Positions 40,526 through 50,859 of a stretch of 64,000 bases of DNA are shown here, one piece after another. The stretch is taken from the NCBI GenBank assembly GCA_965250285.1, contig OZ252299.1:512001-576000 (forward strand), written 5' to 3'. A model generated the notes under the pieces. The model was not told the origin of the DNA, made no database searches, and worked only from the letters and a program-made list of their open reading frames with translations. Made by a program: the position numbers and the translations under genes. This DNA comes from Myxococcota bacterium (lineage in GTDB: Bacteria > Myxococcota_A > UBA9160 > UBA4427). How positions within the stretch are numbered: position 1 is the stretch's first letter; each line of letters opens with the position of its first letter.

Positions 40526-43400
40526 GCGAGTCGATCCCTTCGCGGGTCCTCAGCGCGTGCGCCAGCGCGGCGCGCAGGCGCATGATCGGTACGGGCTTGT
40601 TGAGGACGGTGAACCCCGTCGCCGACAGCTCGCTCAGTCGGGCCGTGTCGGTATTGCCGGTAACGAACACGAATGCGGGCAGCACCGCGCCATCTCGAGC
40701 CTCGATCTCGTCGGTGAACGCGTCGACGACATCCGTTCCCGACTCGAGCCCGAGCTGATCGTCGACGATCACGACGTCGGGCGCGTGCGCCGTGGCCTCG
40801 AGGCGGGCGAGCGCAGCTGCCCCGCTCTCGGCGGTGAAGACGTCGCACTGCCATGAGGAGAGCAGCGCTTCGAGCCCGTCGAGGATCGACGCCTCGTCAT
40901 CGACCACCCAGACCGCGGCGCCGGTGAGCTCGGAGGGCACGGTCGGTGTGGTCGCATCGCGGTGATCCGCGGGCCAGGCGGCCTCGGCCAGCGGCACGTC
41001 GATCCAGAACACGGAGCCTTCACCGACGGACGATTCGAGGCCGACCTCATGCCCGAGCAGGCGAGCGAGTCGGTCGACGATCGAGAGACCGAGGCCGAGA
41101 CCCTCGGGCGCCGCGTCCCCGGCGGCTTCGCGCGAACGTCCGCGGGTGAACTCGGCGAAGATGGCTTCGCGCTCTTCGGCGGCGATGCCGGGGCCCGTGT
41201 CGCGCACCTCGATGCGACCGACGGCGCCCCGTTCGACGAGCTCGATCCGAACACCGCCTTCGGTGGTGTAGCGGAGCGCGTTCTCGGCGAGGTTGCGCAC
41301 CATGCGACCGAGCAGCAGCGGATCGCTCTCGACCCAGGCATCGGTCGCGGGCGCTTCGAGCGTGAGCCCCCGCGAAGCGGCGACGGGCTCGAGCGAGGCG
41401 CGCAGCGAGTCGAGCATCGGGCCCAGCGCGAGCGGGCCGATCTTCGGCTCGACGACACCCCCGTCGAGCTTCGACACCTGCAGCACCGATTCGAACTGCT
41501 GTTGCAGCTCGTCGAGGCTGCGCTCCAGCTGCCCGACGAGCATGCGGCCCTTGGGTGTCAGCGTGTCGGCCGAGAGCGCACCGAGGTGCAGGCCGAAGCT
41601 GTGCAGCGGCTGCCGAAGGTCGTGGCTCGTCGCCGCGAGAAACTTCGAGCGCGCAATGTGGATCTCGCGCTCGGCCCGGTTCTCGATCGCGAGGTCGGCC
41701 GCCCGGATGCGCATCAACTCGACGGCGACGCGGCCCGCCACGCGTCCCAACTGCGCGAGCTCGTGGGGCGGAAAGACGTCTCCGTTCTCTTTGCGACCGA
41801 GCAGCACGATCCAGGCGGGCAGATCGGGGACGTGGATCGGCACGGCGATGGCGGCGCCGACGCGGTCGAGCCGGTCGCGCACGTCTGGGTCGAGGGCGCG
41901 GCGGCGCTGCAGGGGGGCGCCGCGCCGCTCGAGGCGCGTCGGTGCGTTCGTTTCGAGCAGCGCGCGCAGATCCTGTTCGTCGATGGCATCGGTGCCGGGC
42001 GTGCGCGCATCGAAGACCGGGCGGAGCGTGCCGGTGCTCGTCTCTGCGACGGCGCGGAGCCAGGCGGGTTGCATCGCTTCGTCGAGGCCCTCTTGGAGCG
42101 CCTCGGCGAGGGACGCTTCGGATTCACACGTCGCCATCCGCGCGAGGACCCCGTCGAGCTTCGACTGGAGGCGGGCCCGCGCGGGAAAGAACGCGGCGAA
42201 GAACCGGGGCTGGAGTCGGTGCGCCACCGGGAGGACGCCGAATGCCAGCGCGACCAACAGCCCGGCGTGCACGACCTCGGGCGCACGGTCGAGCCAGGGC
42301 GCGAGTTGCTCGGCGGCCGGCTTGGCGACGCCCAGCGCGACGAGCACGACCACGGCGATCGCCGCCGCGAAGGCGAGGCTCGCCGCGACGATGCGGTCGA
42401 GGTCGAATGCGCCGTAGCCGACGATGGCGATGATGAAGCAGATCGGGAACGCCAGGAACGCGAGGTTCAGCAGCGGCTGAAAGACGAAGGCGCTCGGCTC
42501 AACGAGCACGATCAGGCTCAGGCCGATCGTGGGTGCGAGGCCGACGCATACACCGAGGGCGATCCAGCGCACCTGGCGACGACCGGCTGCGCTCGCGACC
42601 GCGTAGTTGCGCACGATGATCAAGATCGCCGTCACCCCGAGGCCGATGTTGCCGATCATCGAGATCGGAAGACCGATCGTCGCGGGGAACGGAAACCCGA
42701 TGATCGCGCTCGGGTAGGCGACGCCGCTCACGAGGAAGATCCAGGGCCAGACGCGCGACCAGCGGGAGAGCGGCGCATGGTCGGAGGGGATCTGCTGCAG
42801 CGCACGAATCGAGAGCGGACCGAGGAGGATGCCTCCGCCGACGAACGAAGCGAGGCCGAGTGCCGAGATCGTGGGGGAGGGCGAGTCGAACTGCATCATG
42901 TGGGCACCGAACGCGAGGCAAGCAAAGAAGAACGCGCGCGCGTGCGCTGCGCCGGCCGCGCCGACGAATGCGAGCACCCCGGCCAGGCCGAACGTGAGCG
43001 GGAGCAACACCGTGAGCCAGCCGCCGGCCCAATGGGGCTCGACGACGACGTGCATGCGCTCGCCGTCCCGGATCAGCGTCGTGGGCACGCGTCGTCCCGC
43101 ATCCGGTGCGGCGGCCGCAATGACGAGGCTCCGCCAGACGCTCGCGCCTCGGAGCGAGGTACCCGACATCTCGACGAGCACGTCGCCGGGCTCGAGCCCC
43201 GGCGCGAGGCGCCCCATCTGCGTGGCCGATTCGGGGATGACGGGATAGCCGTCGGGCGAAGGCGCGGCCTGCACCTGCACGTACTGCGGCTGCAGGTGTC
43301 CGCGCGCGTGCTCGTAGCAGAAGAGCACGAAGCCGGCGGCGTAGAGGCTGCCCAGCACGACGAGCAGCGCGCGATCGCGGGGCTTCATCTTCTTCCACAT
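40503..43400 (-). CDS. Membrane hybrid sensor histidine kinase (PDZ-like, multi-TM, GAF-like, HisKA, HATPase, REC)
   Basis: GLEPGDVL, SHDLRQPL, NLAENALRYT, DTGPGI, GLGLGL, VVDDE; start MWKK at 43400. Confidence 0.88.
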   Translation of the reverse strand: MWKKMKPRDRALLVVLGSLYAAGFVLFCYEHARGHLQPQYVQVQAAPSPDGYPVIPESATQMGRLAPGLEPGDVLVEMSGTSLRGASVWRSLVIAAAAPDAGRRVPTTLIRDGERMHVVVEPHWAGGWLTVLLPLTFGLAGVLAFVGAAGAAHARAFFFACLAFGAHMMQFDSPSPTISALGLASFVGGGILLGPLSIRALQQIPSDHAPLSRWSRVWPWIFLVSGVAYPSAIIGFPFPATIGLPISMIGNIGLGVTAILIIVRNYAVASAAGRRQVRWIALGVCVGLAPTIGLSLIVLVEPSAFVFQPLLNLAFLAFPICFIIAIVGYGAFDLDRIVAASLAFAAAIAVVVLVALGVAKPAAEQLAPWLDRAPEVVHAGLLVALAFGVLPVAHRLQPRFFAAFFPARARLQSKLDGVLARMATCESEASLAEALQEGLDEAMQPAWLRAVAETSTGTLRPVFDARTPGTDAIDEQDLRALLETNAPTRLERRGAPLQRRRALDPDVRDRLDRVGAAIAVPIHVPDLPAWIVLLGRKENGDVFPPHELAQLGRVAGRVAVELMRIRAADLAIENRAEREIHIARSKFLAATSHDLRQPLHSFGLHLGALSADTLTPKGRMLVGQLERSLDELQQQFESVLQVSKLDGGVVEPKIGPLALGPMLDSLRASLEPVAASRGLTLEAPATDAWVESDPLLLGRMVRNLAENALRYTTEGGVRIELVERGAVGRIEVRDTGPGIAAEEREAIFAEFTRGRSREAAGDAAPEGLGLGLSIVDRLARLLGHEVGLESSVGEGSVFWIDVPLAEAAWPADHRDATTPTVPSELTGAAVWVVDDEASILDGLEALLSSWQCDVFTAESGAAALARLEATAHAPDVVIVDDQLGLESGTDVVDAFTDEIEARDGAVLPAFVFVTGNTDTARLSELSATGFTVLNKPVPIMRLRAALAHALRTREGIDSLSSPVRA

Positions 43401-43505
43401 GCGGGCATTCTCGCTCGCGAAGACGGGGCCCGTCGATAGGCCCATCGGTCTAGACCGCGGATCGGCGCAAAGTGGGCGTGCTTGTAAACGCCCGGAAACT
43501 AAGGG

Positions 43506-44207
43506 ATGCTGGCACGCGATGGCGGCGCACCGCACTTGAACATCCTCTGCTGTGACGATCACGATCTGTTTCGAGATGGGCTGAGGGCAGTGCTCGAAGG
43601 GCTCTCGAGCGAGCACCGGCTGATCGACGCGCGCAGCGCCGAAGAGGCCCGTTCGGTGCTGAGGGCGCACCCCGAGGTCGATCTCGTGCTGCTCGACCTC
43701 GGGCTCCCCGACGCCGATGGACTCGATTTTCTCAACGAGCTGCGCGAGCACCACGCCACCGTCGCGGTCGCGGTGGTGTCCGGGCGCGAGACGCCCGACG
43801 CCGCCCAGGCCGCGCTCTCGCGGGGTGCGGTCGGCTTCATCCCGAAGTCTTCGGATCGCGCGCTGCTCTCGCGCGCGCTCGATCTGATCTTTGCCGGGGG
43901 GCGATACGCGCCGCCCGAGCTGTTGGCGGCGGTGCCTGCGCCGAGCGCGGCCCAGCCGAGCGCCGTCGTATCCTCAGATGGTGCCCCCGCCGCGGGGACC
44001 GATGGCTGGGCGCTCAGCGAGCGGCAGCGCCAGGTGCTCGAGCTGCTCGCGAAGGGGCTGACCAACCCCGAGATCGGCGACGTGCTCGGTATTCGGCTCG
44101 GCACGGTGAAGGTGCACGTCGCGCGCATCTTCGAGGTGCTCGACGTCTCGAATCGGGCCGAGGCCGTGCGCGTCTTCACCGAACGCGAGCACGAAGACCA
44201 GGCCTGA
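43506..44207 (+). CDS. NarL/LuxR-family response regulator
   Basis: CDDH, LLDLGLPD, LSERQRQVL..GLTN.EI....GTVKVH. Confidence 0.92.
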   Translation: MLARDGGAPHLNILCCDDHDLFRDGLRAVLEGLSSEHRLIDARSAEEARSVLRAHPEVDLVLLDLGLPDADGLDFLNELREHHATVAVAVVSGRETPDAAQAALSRGAVGFIPKSSDRALLSRALDLIFAGGRYAPPELLAAVPAPSAAQPSAVVSSDGAPAAGTDGWALSERQRQVLELLAKGLTNPEIGDVLGIRLGTVKVHVARIFEVLDVSNRAEAVRVFTEREHEDQA

Positions 44208-44387
44208 TCCGGCCGCACGCGCTCCCGCGCACTGCACTTGACTGCGGTCTTCTCGTCAATCGACCGCCCGGCCGAGTCAGCCTAGACCGCCCGGTCGATT
44301 CGCGCGGCCGCACGCGTCCATACGATGCCTTCGTCGATCACGAGCGACGCCATGACGGCGACGCCCCCATCGGACGAGGAGCACGAG

Positions 44388-44852
44388 ATGAGCCGACGAG
44401 ACGATCTTCGAACCGCGAACGCGCCGCGCATCGCACGCGCGTGCGGCCTGGCCGCCGCCGGGCTGACCGCGGCGTTCGGGCTCGGCTGCAACGAGAGCGG
44501 ATCGTGCGCCGGCCCCGGCGCACTCGACGGGACCTACGTGTCGAGTGACCCCGCCGCCACGATGACCGTGCTCGAGTGTGACGGCGAGGTCAGCGGATCA
44601 CTGGTGCTGGGGGGCGTGACGTACGACGTCGAGGGGACGCGCACGGACGACGCGTTCACGTGGTCGACGAACGGGGTCGACCTCTGCGACGGCCCGGGCG
44701 TGCGCCGCAGTGCGGCCTCCGACCCGCCGGATCACTACGTCGTCGATACCGAAGGGGACGCCTTCACGGGCGCCTTCAATCTCTTCGAATCGAACTGCCG
44801 CACGGGTCGCGGGTTTCGGCGCGGGTTCACTTCGACGTTCGAGCGCCTGTGA
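44388..44852 (+). CDS. Putative lipoprotein, hypothetical
   Basis: Lipobox-like GLGC after hydrophobic stretch; GAGGAG RBS. Confidence 0.6.
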   Translation: MSRRDDLRTANAPRIARACGLAAAGLTAAFGLGCNESGSCAGPGALDGTYVSSDPAATMTVLECDGEVSGSLVLGGVTYDVEGTRTDDAFTWSTNGVDLCDGPGVRRSAASDPPDHYVVDTEGDAFTGAFNLFESNCRTGRGFRRGFTSTFERL

Positions 44853-45718
44853 TGACGACCCGACCGACGATGAAGAAGGCGATCGGCGCATTCGAACCCG
44901 GCCGGCGAGGGCGGAGCGCCATTCGGGCGAGCCTCGTGTGGGGGCTGGGCTTCGCGATGGGGATGGGCGCACTCTCGCTCGGAGGCTCGGCCGCGGACGA
45001 GTCGCTGCCCGCATCGCAGGCGCGCCCGACCCGAGCCGCGCCGGCGGCGGTCGTCGCGCGAGCCTCTACGCCTGGCGAGGCGTGCCGAGAAGATGAGGCA
45101 GCCTGGGATGCGGTGCTCGACGGCGTCGGCGCCCACCTCGAGCTCGCGGCCCAGGTCGCTCGCCTCGAGTCGGCGCTCGCGGCCCTGCGCATGGGTGCGA
45201 TCGATGGCCCGAGCTTCGTTCGGGCCGCAGTGCATGCCATGCCCGAAGACGAGATTCGCGCCGTGCTGGCGGCGACGACCCGGGTCGATCCGGCACGGCT
45301 CGCAGCGATCGAAGACGTGCAGGCGTACGCGATCCGCGTCGCCGACATTGCGATGGAGGGTCTGCTGCGAGACGGCGTCGAGCCGAGCGATGTGGGCGAC
45401 GTGATTTTCAGTGCCGCGCAGGAAGGCCGCCGCGCCGACTGGTCCACCGCCGAGTCGTTCGATCGCGGCGAGGCGCGCCTCTACGCCTTCTTCGATACGA
45501 CGGGCTGGAAGAGCGGTGACGTCATGGTGCGTTGGCGGCACGAATCGACGGGCGAGGTGCTGCTGCTCGAAGAGCACCGCGTGCGCGCGGGCACTTCACG
45601 TGGCTTCGTGTGGACCCGCCCCAGCCGGGGCTGGCGACCCGGGTCGTACCGCGTCGACGTGTACCGAAGCGACGAGTCGCTCGGCCATCTCGCTTCGGGC
45701 CGCTACGACGTCCGTTAG
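44852..45718 (+). CDS. Exported hypothetical protein with beta-sandwich-like C-terminus
   Basis: TGATG coupling to upstream gene; hydrophobic N-terminus; LYAFF...VRW...W.PG.YRVDV. Confidence 0.55.
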   Translation: MTTRPTMKKAIGAFEPGRRGRSAIRASLVWGLGFAMGMGALSLGGSAADESLPASQARPTRAAPAAVVARASTPGEACREDEAAWDAVLDGVGAHLELAAQVARLESALAALRMGAIDGPSFVRAAVHAMPEDEIRAVLAATTRVDPARLAAIEDVQAYAIRVADIAMEGLLRDGVEPSDVGDVIFSAAQEGRRADWSTAESFDRGEARLYAFFDTTGWKSGDVMVRWRHESTGEVLLLEEHRVRAGTSRGFVWTRPSRGWRPGSYRVDVYRSDESLGHLASGRYDVR

Positions 45719-46170
45719 CGGGCCGCCCGTCTGGTGGATCGCGTGAGGGCTTCGAGCCGGGCGACGAGGTCGTTCGGCAACGCGTGTTCTCGCGCGCCGG
45801 CCAGCAGGTGCCCGACGTACTCGGGCGAGGGGGCCTGAATGACCGGCGGGCGGGTGTAGAGATAGGTCCACGCGGTGAGCGGCGCGCGTCCGGCCAGCTG
45901 GATGCCCAGCCGCGCGCGCTCGTAGCCCGGTTCGAACCCGTCGAGCACGATCATCGACTCGGCCGCGATCTCCCACACGACGCCGTCGACGCGGCTGCCC
46001 GGCGACGGCCGGACGTTGGCCTTGCCCGTGCCATCCCGCCCGGGTTTGTCGAATGCGAGCGCATACGCGTCGAGCCGGCCGGGCCCGATCGCCCGCACGT
46101 CGGCCACCCGCGCGGCGAGTCGCGGCGTGCTCATGTTCGAGCCGTAGGCGAAGTAGTAGGCGGTTTCGAT
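45715..46170 (-). CDS. Gamma-glutamylcyclotransferase (AIG2-like); start uncertain
   Basis: YYFAYGSNM motif (upstream of the called ATG at 46134), GVVWEI, LDGFE, Y. Confidence 0.8.
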   Translation of the reverse strand: METAYYFAYGSNMSTPRLAARVADVRAIGPGRLDAYALAFDKPGRDGTGKANVRPSPGSRVDGVVWEIAAESMIVLDGFEPGYERARLGIQLAGRAPLTAWTYLYTRPPVIQAPSPEYVGHLLAGAREHALPNDLVARLEALTRSTRRAAR

Positions 46171-46216
46171 CTTCGTTTCGAAGCGCCGTGATCCGGTGGC
46201 GCGTCGGGACGCCTTG

Positions 46217-46696
46217 TCAGTCGTCGTCGCCGTAGATCTGCTCGGCGAGGTAGTTCTCCTTGCCGAGCTCCTTGATCTGGTGGAGCTGCGCCTCGTGCCA
46301 GTCGATCGACTCTTCCTCTTCTGTGAGGATGTGCTCGAGCAGATCGCGCGTGCCGTTGTCGTGCTTCTCGCGCGCGAGTGCGATGCCCTTGTTGAGCCGG
46401 TCGACGGCCTCGACCTCCAGCGCGAGATCGAGCTTGTGCTGCTCGACGGGATCCTCGCCCACGTGCACCTGGCTGAGTCGCTGCATGTTCGGCACGCCGT
46501 CGAAGAAGAGGATGCGGGCGATCACCTTGTCGGCGTGCTTCATCTCCTCGATCGACTCTTCGTACTTCTTGTGCGCGAGCTTCTGGTAGCCCCAGTTGTC
46601 ACACATCTTGTGATGGATGAAGTACTGGTTGATCGCCGTGAGTTCGGCGGTCAGCACGTCGTTGAGTGCCTCGATGATTTCAGCGTCGCCCTGCAT
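46217..46696 (-). CDS. bfr: Bacterioferritin
   Basis: ELTAINQYFIH, EEMKHAD (heme Met), E..EE; GGAG RBS. Confidence 0.95.
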   Translation of the reverse strand: MQGDAEIIEALNDVLTAELTAINQYFIHHKMCDNWGYQKLAHKKYEESIEEMKHADKVIARILFFDGVPNMQRLSQVHVGEDPVEQHKLDLALEVEAVDRLNKGIALAREKHDNGTRDLLEHILTEEEESIDWHEAQLHQIKELGKENYLAEQIYGDDD

Positions 46697-46916
46697 GTCG
46701 ATTCTCCGGACTCTGTACGCGCGTTGGGTTCGAACGCAGCGGAGCATATCCGCCCGTCTCGGCACGTCGACCTAGATGAAATCGAAAACGGATGTCGATC
46801 CGCGGGCCGAAACCGAAACCGACGCCGACAAGACCGTGCACTGCGCGCGCGTGCACGCGTGGGAATCGGGGCTGGGTAGAGCGAGTGGGGGCGGGCCGCG
46901 CGTCGCGGCCCGAGGC

Positions 46917-47132
46917 TCAGGCCGGCGGCGTGCTCGTGACGTCGATGCGGGTCACGTGGGGCTCACGCTGGGCCATCTCGGCGTTGAGGATTCGCTGGAT
47001 CCCCTGCTGGCAGCCGCCGCAGCCTGCGCCCGCGCCGCAGCTGCTCGCGACTTCTCCAGTCGTCGAAGCGCCTTCGCGGATCGAGCGTCGGATCTGGCGA
47101 TCGGAGACACCGTTGCAGTGGCAGACGAGCAT
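46917..47132 (-). CDS. bfd: Bacterioferritin-associated ferredoxin
   Basis: MLVCHCNGVSD...AGAGCGGC; upstream of bfr. Confidence 0.9.
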   Translation of the reverse strand: MLVCHCNGVSDRQIRRSIREGASTTGEVASSCGAGAGCGGCQQGIQRILNAEMAQREPHVTRIDVTSTPPA

Positions 47133-47220
47133 GGGGCCTGGATCCTCGTTCGAGTCGCCCTCGGCGGGCGCGTGCAGGGTCGGGTGGGTCGGTCCCGACA
47201 CGCCCACAGAATAGACGGGC

Positions 47221-47245
47221 GAAAATGAAAATCAATGTCATTTTC
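47221..47245. promoter_or_regulatory. Fur-box-like AT-rich inverted repeat
   Basis: GAAAATGA-AAATCAATG-TCATTTTC (8-bp perfect arms) upstream of bfd-bfr. Confidence 0.7.
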
Positions 47246-47381
47246 AAGGATCGGCCAAATCGAAGTCTGACTCGAGTCGCGGTCAGCGATTGAAAAACCC
47301 TTTCCGGGTCAATATGTTGGGCGCTCCATCGCCGGTCGGCCGCGTTGCCCCCCAGGGTGTGCGCCCCGCCGGCTCACCTGG

Positions 47382-50300
47382 ATGACCGTGCCCCTCGCCC
47401 CTGGCTTCCATCTGCATCGCAGCAACCGGACCGAGCAGCTCCTCGCGCGGTTGGTCGACGTCGTCTCGCGCCCGGCGAGCGACGATCCGCTCGCGAGCGA
47501 GTGCATCGTCGTGCAGGGGCAGGGCATGGGTCGCTGGCTTTCGATGTCGCTCAGCGAGCAGCTCGGCGTGTGGGCGCGGCCCGCGTTTCCCTTCCTGCGG
47601 CGCCTGCTCGACGACTGTGCCGACCGCGTCCTCGGTGCATCGCCCGCCCCGTCCTTCTTCGAGCCCGATACGCAGATTCTCGCCATCGCCGATCTGTTGG
47701 AGGCGTTCGCCGACGATCCCGACTTCGCACCGGTGTCGGGCTACCTCGGCGAAGACCCGGGCGGGCGCCGACGCGTGCAGCTCGCCGAGCGTGTCGCCCA
47801 GACCTTCGATCTCTACACCGTGCATCGCCCCGACCTGCTCGCCGGGTGGGGCGAAGGCGGCTCGAGCGGACCGGGCGGTGTCGAACACCGCGACGCCCGT
47901 TGGCAGGCCCGCTTGTGGCGCGCCCTCGCCGAGCGCGCGGCCGGACCGCCGCCCGAGGTGCGGTGGCGCCGGCTGGCCGAAGCCCTGCGTACGGGCGCAC
48001 CCGCGCTGGGCGGACTCCCGCCCCGCATCTCGATCTTCGGGCTCTCGTCGATCCCGCCGGTGGCCATCGACGTGCTCGACGCCCTCGCGCGCCACGTGCC
48101 GGTTCACCTCTTCGTGCTGAGTCCGACGCGCGAGTTCTGGGCCGATCTGAAGACGAAGAAGGCGCTGTGGCGCGAGGGCATCGCGTCGGGTGGCGCGCTG
48201 GTGCGCAGCGAGGCCGAGGCCGACGTGCTCGAAGGGCATCCGCTGCTCGCGTCGTTCGGGCGCCTGGGCCGCGACTTTCAGACCGTGCTCGAGTCTCAGG
48301 TCGACTACGACGAAGGGGAGGACGACCTCTTCGTCGACCCCGAGACCGACCCCGAGACCGACCCCGACCCCGAGACCGAGCGCAGCGCGGTGCTCGGCCG
48401 CCTGCAGGCACACATGCTGCGCCTCGAATCACCGCACCCGACCGACGTGGGCGAGATCTCGGCGGCCCGCGACGACTCGGTGCGCGTGCACGTCACGCAC
48501 TCGCCGCTGCGCGAGATCGAGGTGCTGAACGACCAGCTGCTTCACCTGTTCGAGGCCGACCCCACGCTCGAGCCGAAGGACGTGATCGTGATGTCACCCG
48601 ACATCGAGCGACATGCCCCGCTGATCGAAGCGGTCTTCGCGGCGCGCAACGCGGGCAGTGCGCCACGCATCCCGCACCGCATCGCCGATCGCAGCATCGT
48701 CGTGACGCGCGAGGGCGTCGCGGCGTTTCTGCGGCTGCTCGAGCTGGCCGAGGGGCGCTGCGGCGCATCGGAGGTGCTCGACGTGCTCGCGCTCGAGAGC
48801 GTGCGCGAGCGGTACGGCTTGTCGGCCGCGGATGTGACCCGACTCGAGGCCTGGATCGTCGCAGCCGGCGTGCGTTGGGGGATCGACGGGGCCCACCGCG
48901 TCGACGAGGGGCTCCCCGACGACGACACCCACACGTGGCGATTCGGGCTCGATCGTCTGCTGCTCGGCGCGGCGATGGATCCGCGTGGCGACGAGCTGTG
49001 GGCCGAGCGGCGGCCGCTGGCCGATCTCGAAGGCGACGATCTGCGGGCGGTCGGGGCGCTCGCGCGCTTCGTCGAAGATCTCGCGTGGGCGCGGGCGCGG
49101 CTGCTCGAGACGCGGCCGCTCTCTGCGTGGCGGAGCGTCTTCGCCGAGCTCGTCGATCGGTGCATCGTGCGCAGCGACGACAACGCCCATCATCATCAGG
49201 TGCTGCGCGACTGCTTCACGTCGCTCGCCGAGCGCAGCGAAGTGGCGGGCTTCGACGGGGCGATCGGGCTGGCGGCTGCGCGGCACCTCGCGCTGCGCAC
49301 GCTCCGCGCTTCGACGCCTGCCTACGGGTTCCTGTCGGGGGGCGTCACGTTCTGCGAGATGGTGCCGATGCGCAGCATCCCGTTTCGCGTCGTCTGTCTG
49401 ATCGGTCTCGACGACGGCACCTTCCCGCGTGTGCGTCGACCGCTCGGCTTCGATCTCTCGGCCCTGCAGCCGCGGGTCGGTGATCGCTCGCCGCGGGACG
49501 ACGATCGCGCGCTCTTCCTCGAGGCGATCCTGTCGGCGCGCGACAAGCTCTTGCTGAGCTACGTCGGGCGCGACATCCACGACAACGAGTCGCGGCCGCC
49601 GAGCATCGTGGTGTCCGAGCTGCTCGACGTCCTCGCACGCGAGGTCGGCACGAAGGTCGACGACCTGGGACCCGCTGGCTGGGTCGTCGAGCACCCGCTC
49701 AAGTCGTTCTCGCCGAGCTACTTCGACCCGGGGCGCCCGCCCGGGCTCTTCAGCTTCGACGCGGTCGGGCTCGCGGGCGCCCGAGCCCTCGCGGCTCCGC
49801 CCCGCGCGCCGACGCCCTTTCTGTCGCCGAGCCTGTCGATCGAGCGCACGGCCGACGTCGACGTGCTCGAACTCTCGACGTTGGCCAGGACGCTGCGACG
49901 GGCCGCTCGCAGCGTCTTGCGTGAGGCGCTCGAGATTCGGGTCGACGAAGGCGAGACGCCCGAGCGCGACCGCGAGCCGAGCGATCTGCGGGGGCTCGCA
50001 CGCTGGTCGCTCGGCGATGCCGTGCTGCGTCGCTCGATCGCGGGCGATCCGCCCGACGAGGCCTATTTCGACGTGTGCGTCGCCGAGGGGCGCTTGCCGC
50101 CCGGTGAGCTGGGCCGCGCGCTCTACAATGAAGTCGCGGGTGAGGCGCTCGAGCTCGCGTCGCTCGTCGACGACGAAGCCGCGCGCGAAGTCGACCTCGA
50201 TCTCGAGATCGCGGGCGTCCGACTCGTCGGCCGACTCGGCGGGGTGCATGCCGGCGGGCGCGTCCGTGCCACGTTCTCCCGGCTCGGCGGCAGCGGTGAT

Positions 50301-50792
50301 CTCGAGGCCTGGGTCGAGCACCTCGCGCTCTGTGCTTCGGGTGTGGCGGGGGAGGCTCCGACGACCCGTCTCGTCGGGCGACCCGAACGAAGAGGAAAGT
50401 CTCCCGAGACGGTCTTCGAGCCCGTGGCCGACGCCCCCGAGCGGCTGGCCGACCTGATCGACATCGCTCGACACCTCGAACACGAAGCGCTGCCGATCTT
50501 CGCCAAGACCTCACGCAAGTACGTGTCGCGTCTGCGGAGTGGCCAGGCCGACGACGAAGAGAAGGAACGTCTCGCGACACTCGACGCCTACGAAGCCTGG
50601 CGGGGTCGAAGCGAGGGCATCGGTGACGACCGCGGCGAGCTGAACGAAGACGCCGAGCTTCGGTATCTCTGGCGCGCCACCGACCCGCTGAAGCGGCCGT
50701 CCGGCGCGGGCGCAGAGGCGCGCTACGCCTTTCGCGCGCTGGCGCAGCGGATCTTCGGCCCCATGCTCGACGCGATGCGGGAGGGTGCATGA
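47382..50792 (+). CDS. recC: Exodeoxyribonuclease V gamma subunit
   Basis: SNRTEQL, IVVQGQGMGRWL, HSPLREIEVL, MVPMRSIPFRVVCLIGL, DDDRALFLEAILSAR. Confidence 0.93.
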   Translation: MTVPLAPGFHLHRSNRTEQLLARLVDVVSRPASDDPLASECIVVQGQGMGRWLSMSLSEQLGVWARPAFPFLRRLLDDCADRVLGASPAPSFFEPDTQILAIADLLEAFADDPDFAPVSGYLGEDPGGRRRVQLAERVAQTFDLYTVHRPDLLAGWGEGGSSGPGGVEHRDARWQARLWRALAERAAGPPPEVRWRRLAEALRTGAPALGGLPPRISIFGLSSIPPVAIDVLDALARHVPVHLFVLSPTREFWADLKTKKALWREGIASGGALVRSEAEADVLEGHPLLASFGRLGRDFQTVLESQVDYDEGEDDLFVDPETDPETDPDPETERSAVLGRLQAHMLRLESPHPTDVGEISAARDDSVRVHVTHSPLREIEVLNDQLLHLFEADPTLEPKDVIVMSPDIERHAPLIEAVFAARNAGSAPRIPHRIADRSIVVTREGVAAFLRLLELAEGRCGASEVLDVLALESVRERYGLSAADVTRLEAWIVAAGVRWGIDGAHRVDEGLPDDDTHTWRFGLDRLLLGAAMDPRGDELWAERRPLADLEGDDLRAVGALARFVEDLAWARARLLETRPLSAWRSVFAELVDRCIVRSDDNAHHHQVLRDCFTSLAERSEVAGFDGAIGLAAARHLALRTLRASTPAYGFLSGGVTFCEMVPMRSIPFRVVCLIGLDDGTFPRVRRPLGFDLSALQPRVGDRSPRDDDRALFLEAILSARDKLLLSYVGRDIHDNESRPPSIVVSELLDVLAREVGTKVDDLGPAGWVVEHPLKSFSPSYFDPGRPPGLFSFDAVGLAGARALAAPPRAPTPFLSPSLSIERTADVDVLELSTLARTLRRAARSVLREALEIRVDEGETPERDREPSDLRGLARWSLGDAVLRRSIAGDPPDEAYFDVCVAEGRLPPGELGRALYNEVAGEALELASLVDDEAAREVDLDLEIAGVRLVGRLGGVHAGGRVRATFSRLGGSGDLEAWVEHLALCASGVAGEAPTTRLVGRPERRGKSPETVFEPVADAPERLADLIDIARHLEHEALPIFAKTSRKYVSRLRSGQADDEEKERLATLDAYEAWRGRSEGIGDDRGELNEDAELRYLWRATDPLKRPSGAGAEARYAFRALAQRIFGPMLDAMREGA
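48335..48380 (+). repeat. In-frame 6/12-bp tandem repeat in recC (DPETDPETDPDPET)
   Basis: gaccccgagacc repeated. Confidence 0.8.
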
Positions 50793-50859
50793 GCGAGCAC
50801 GACGCGCATGCAGCCCCGGGGTGCATCCGCACCGACATCGGGGCGCGGGGGATCGGAGG

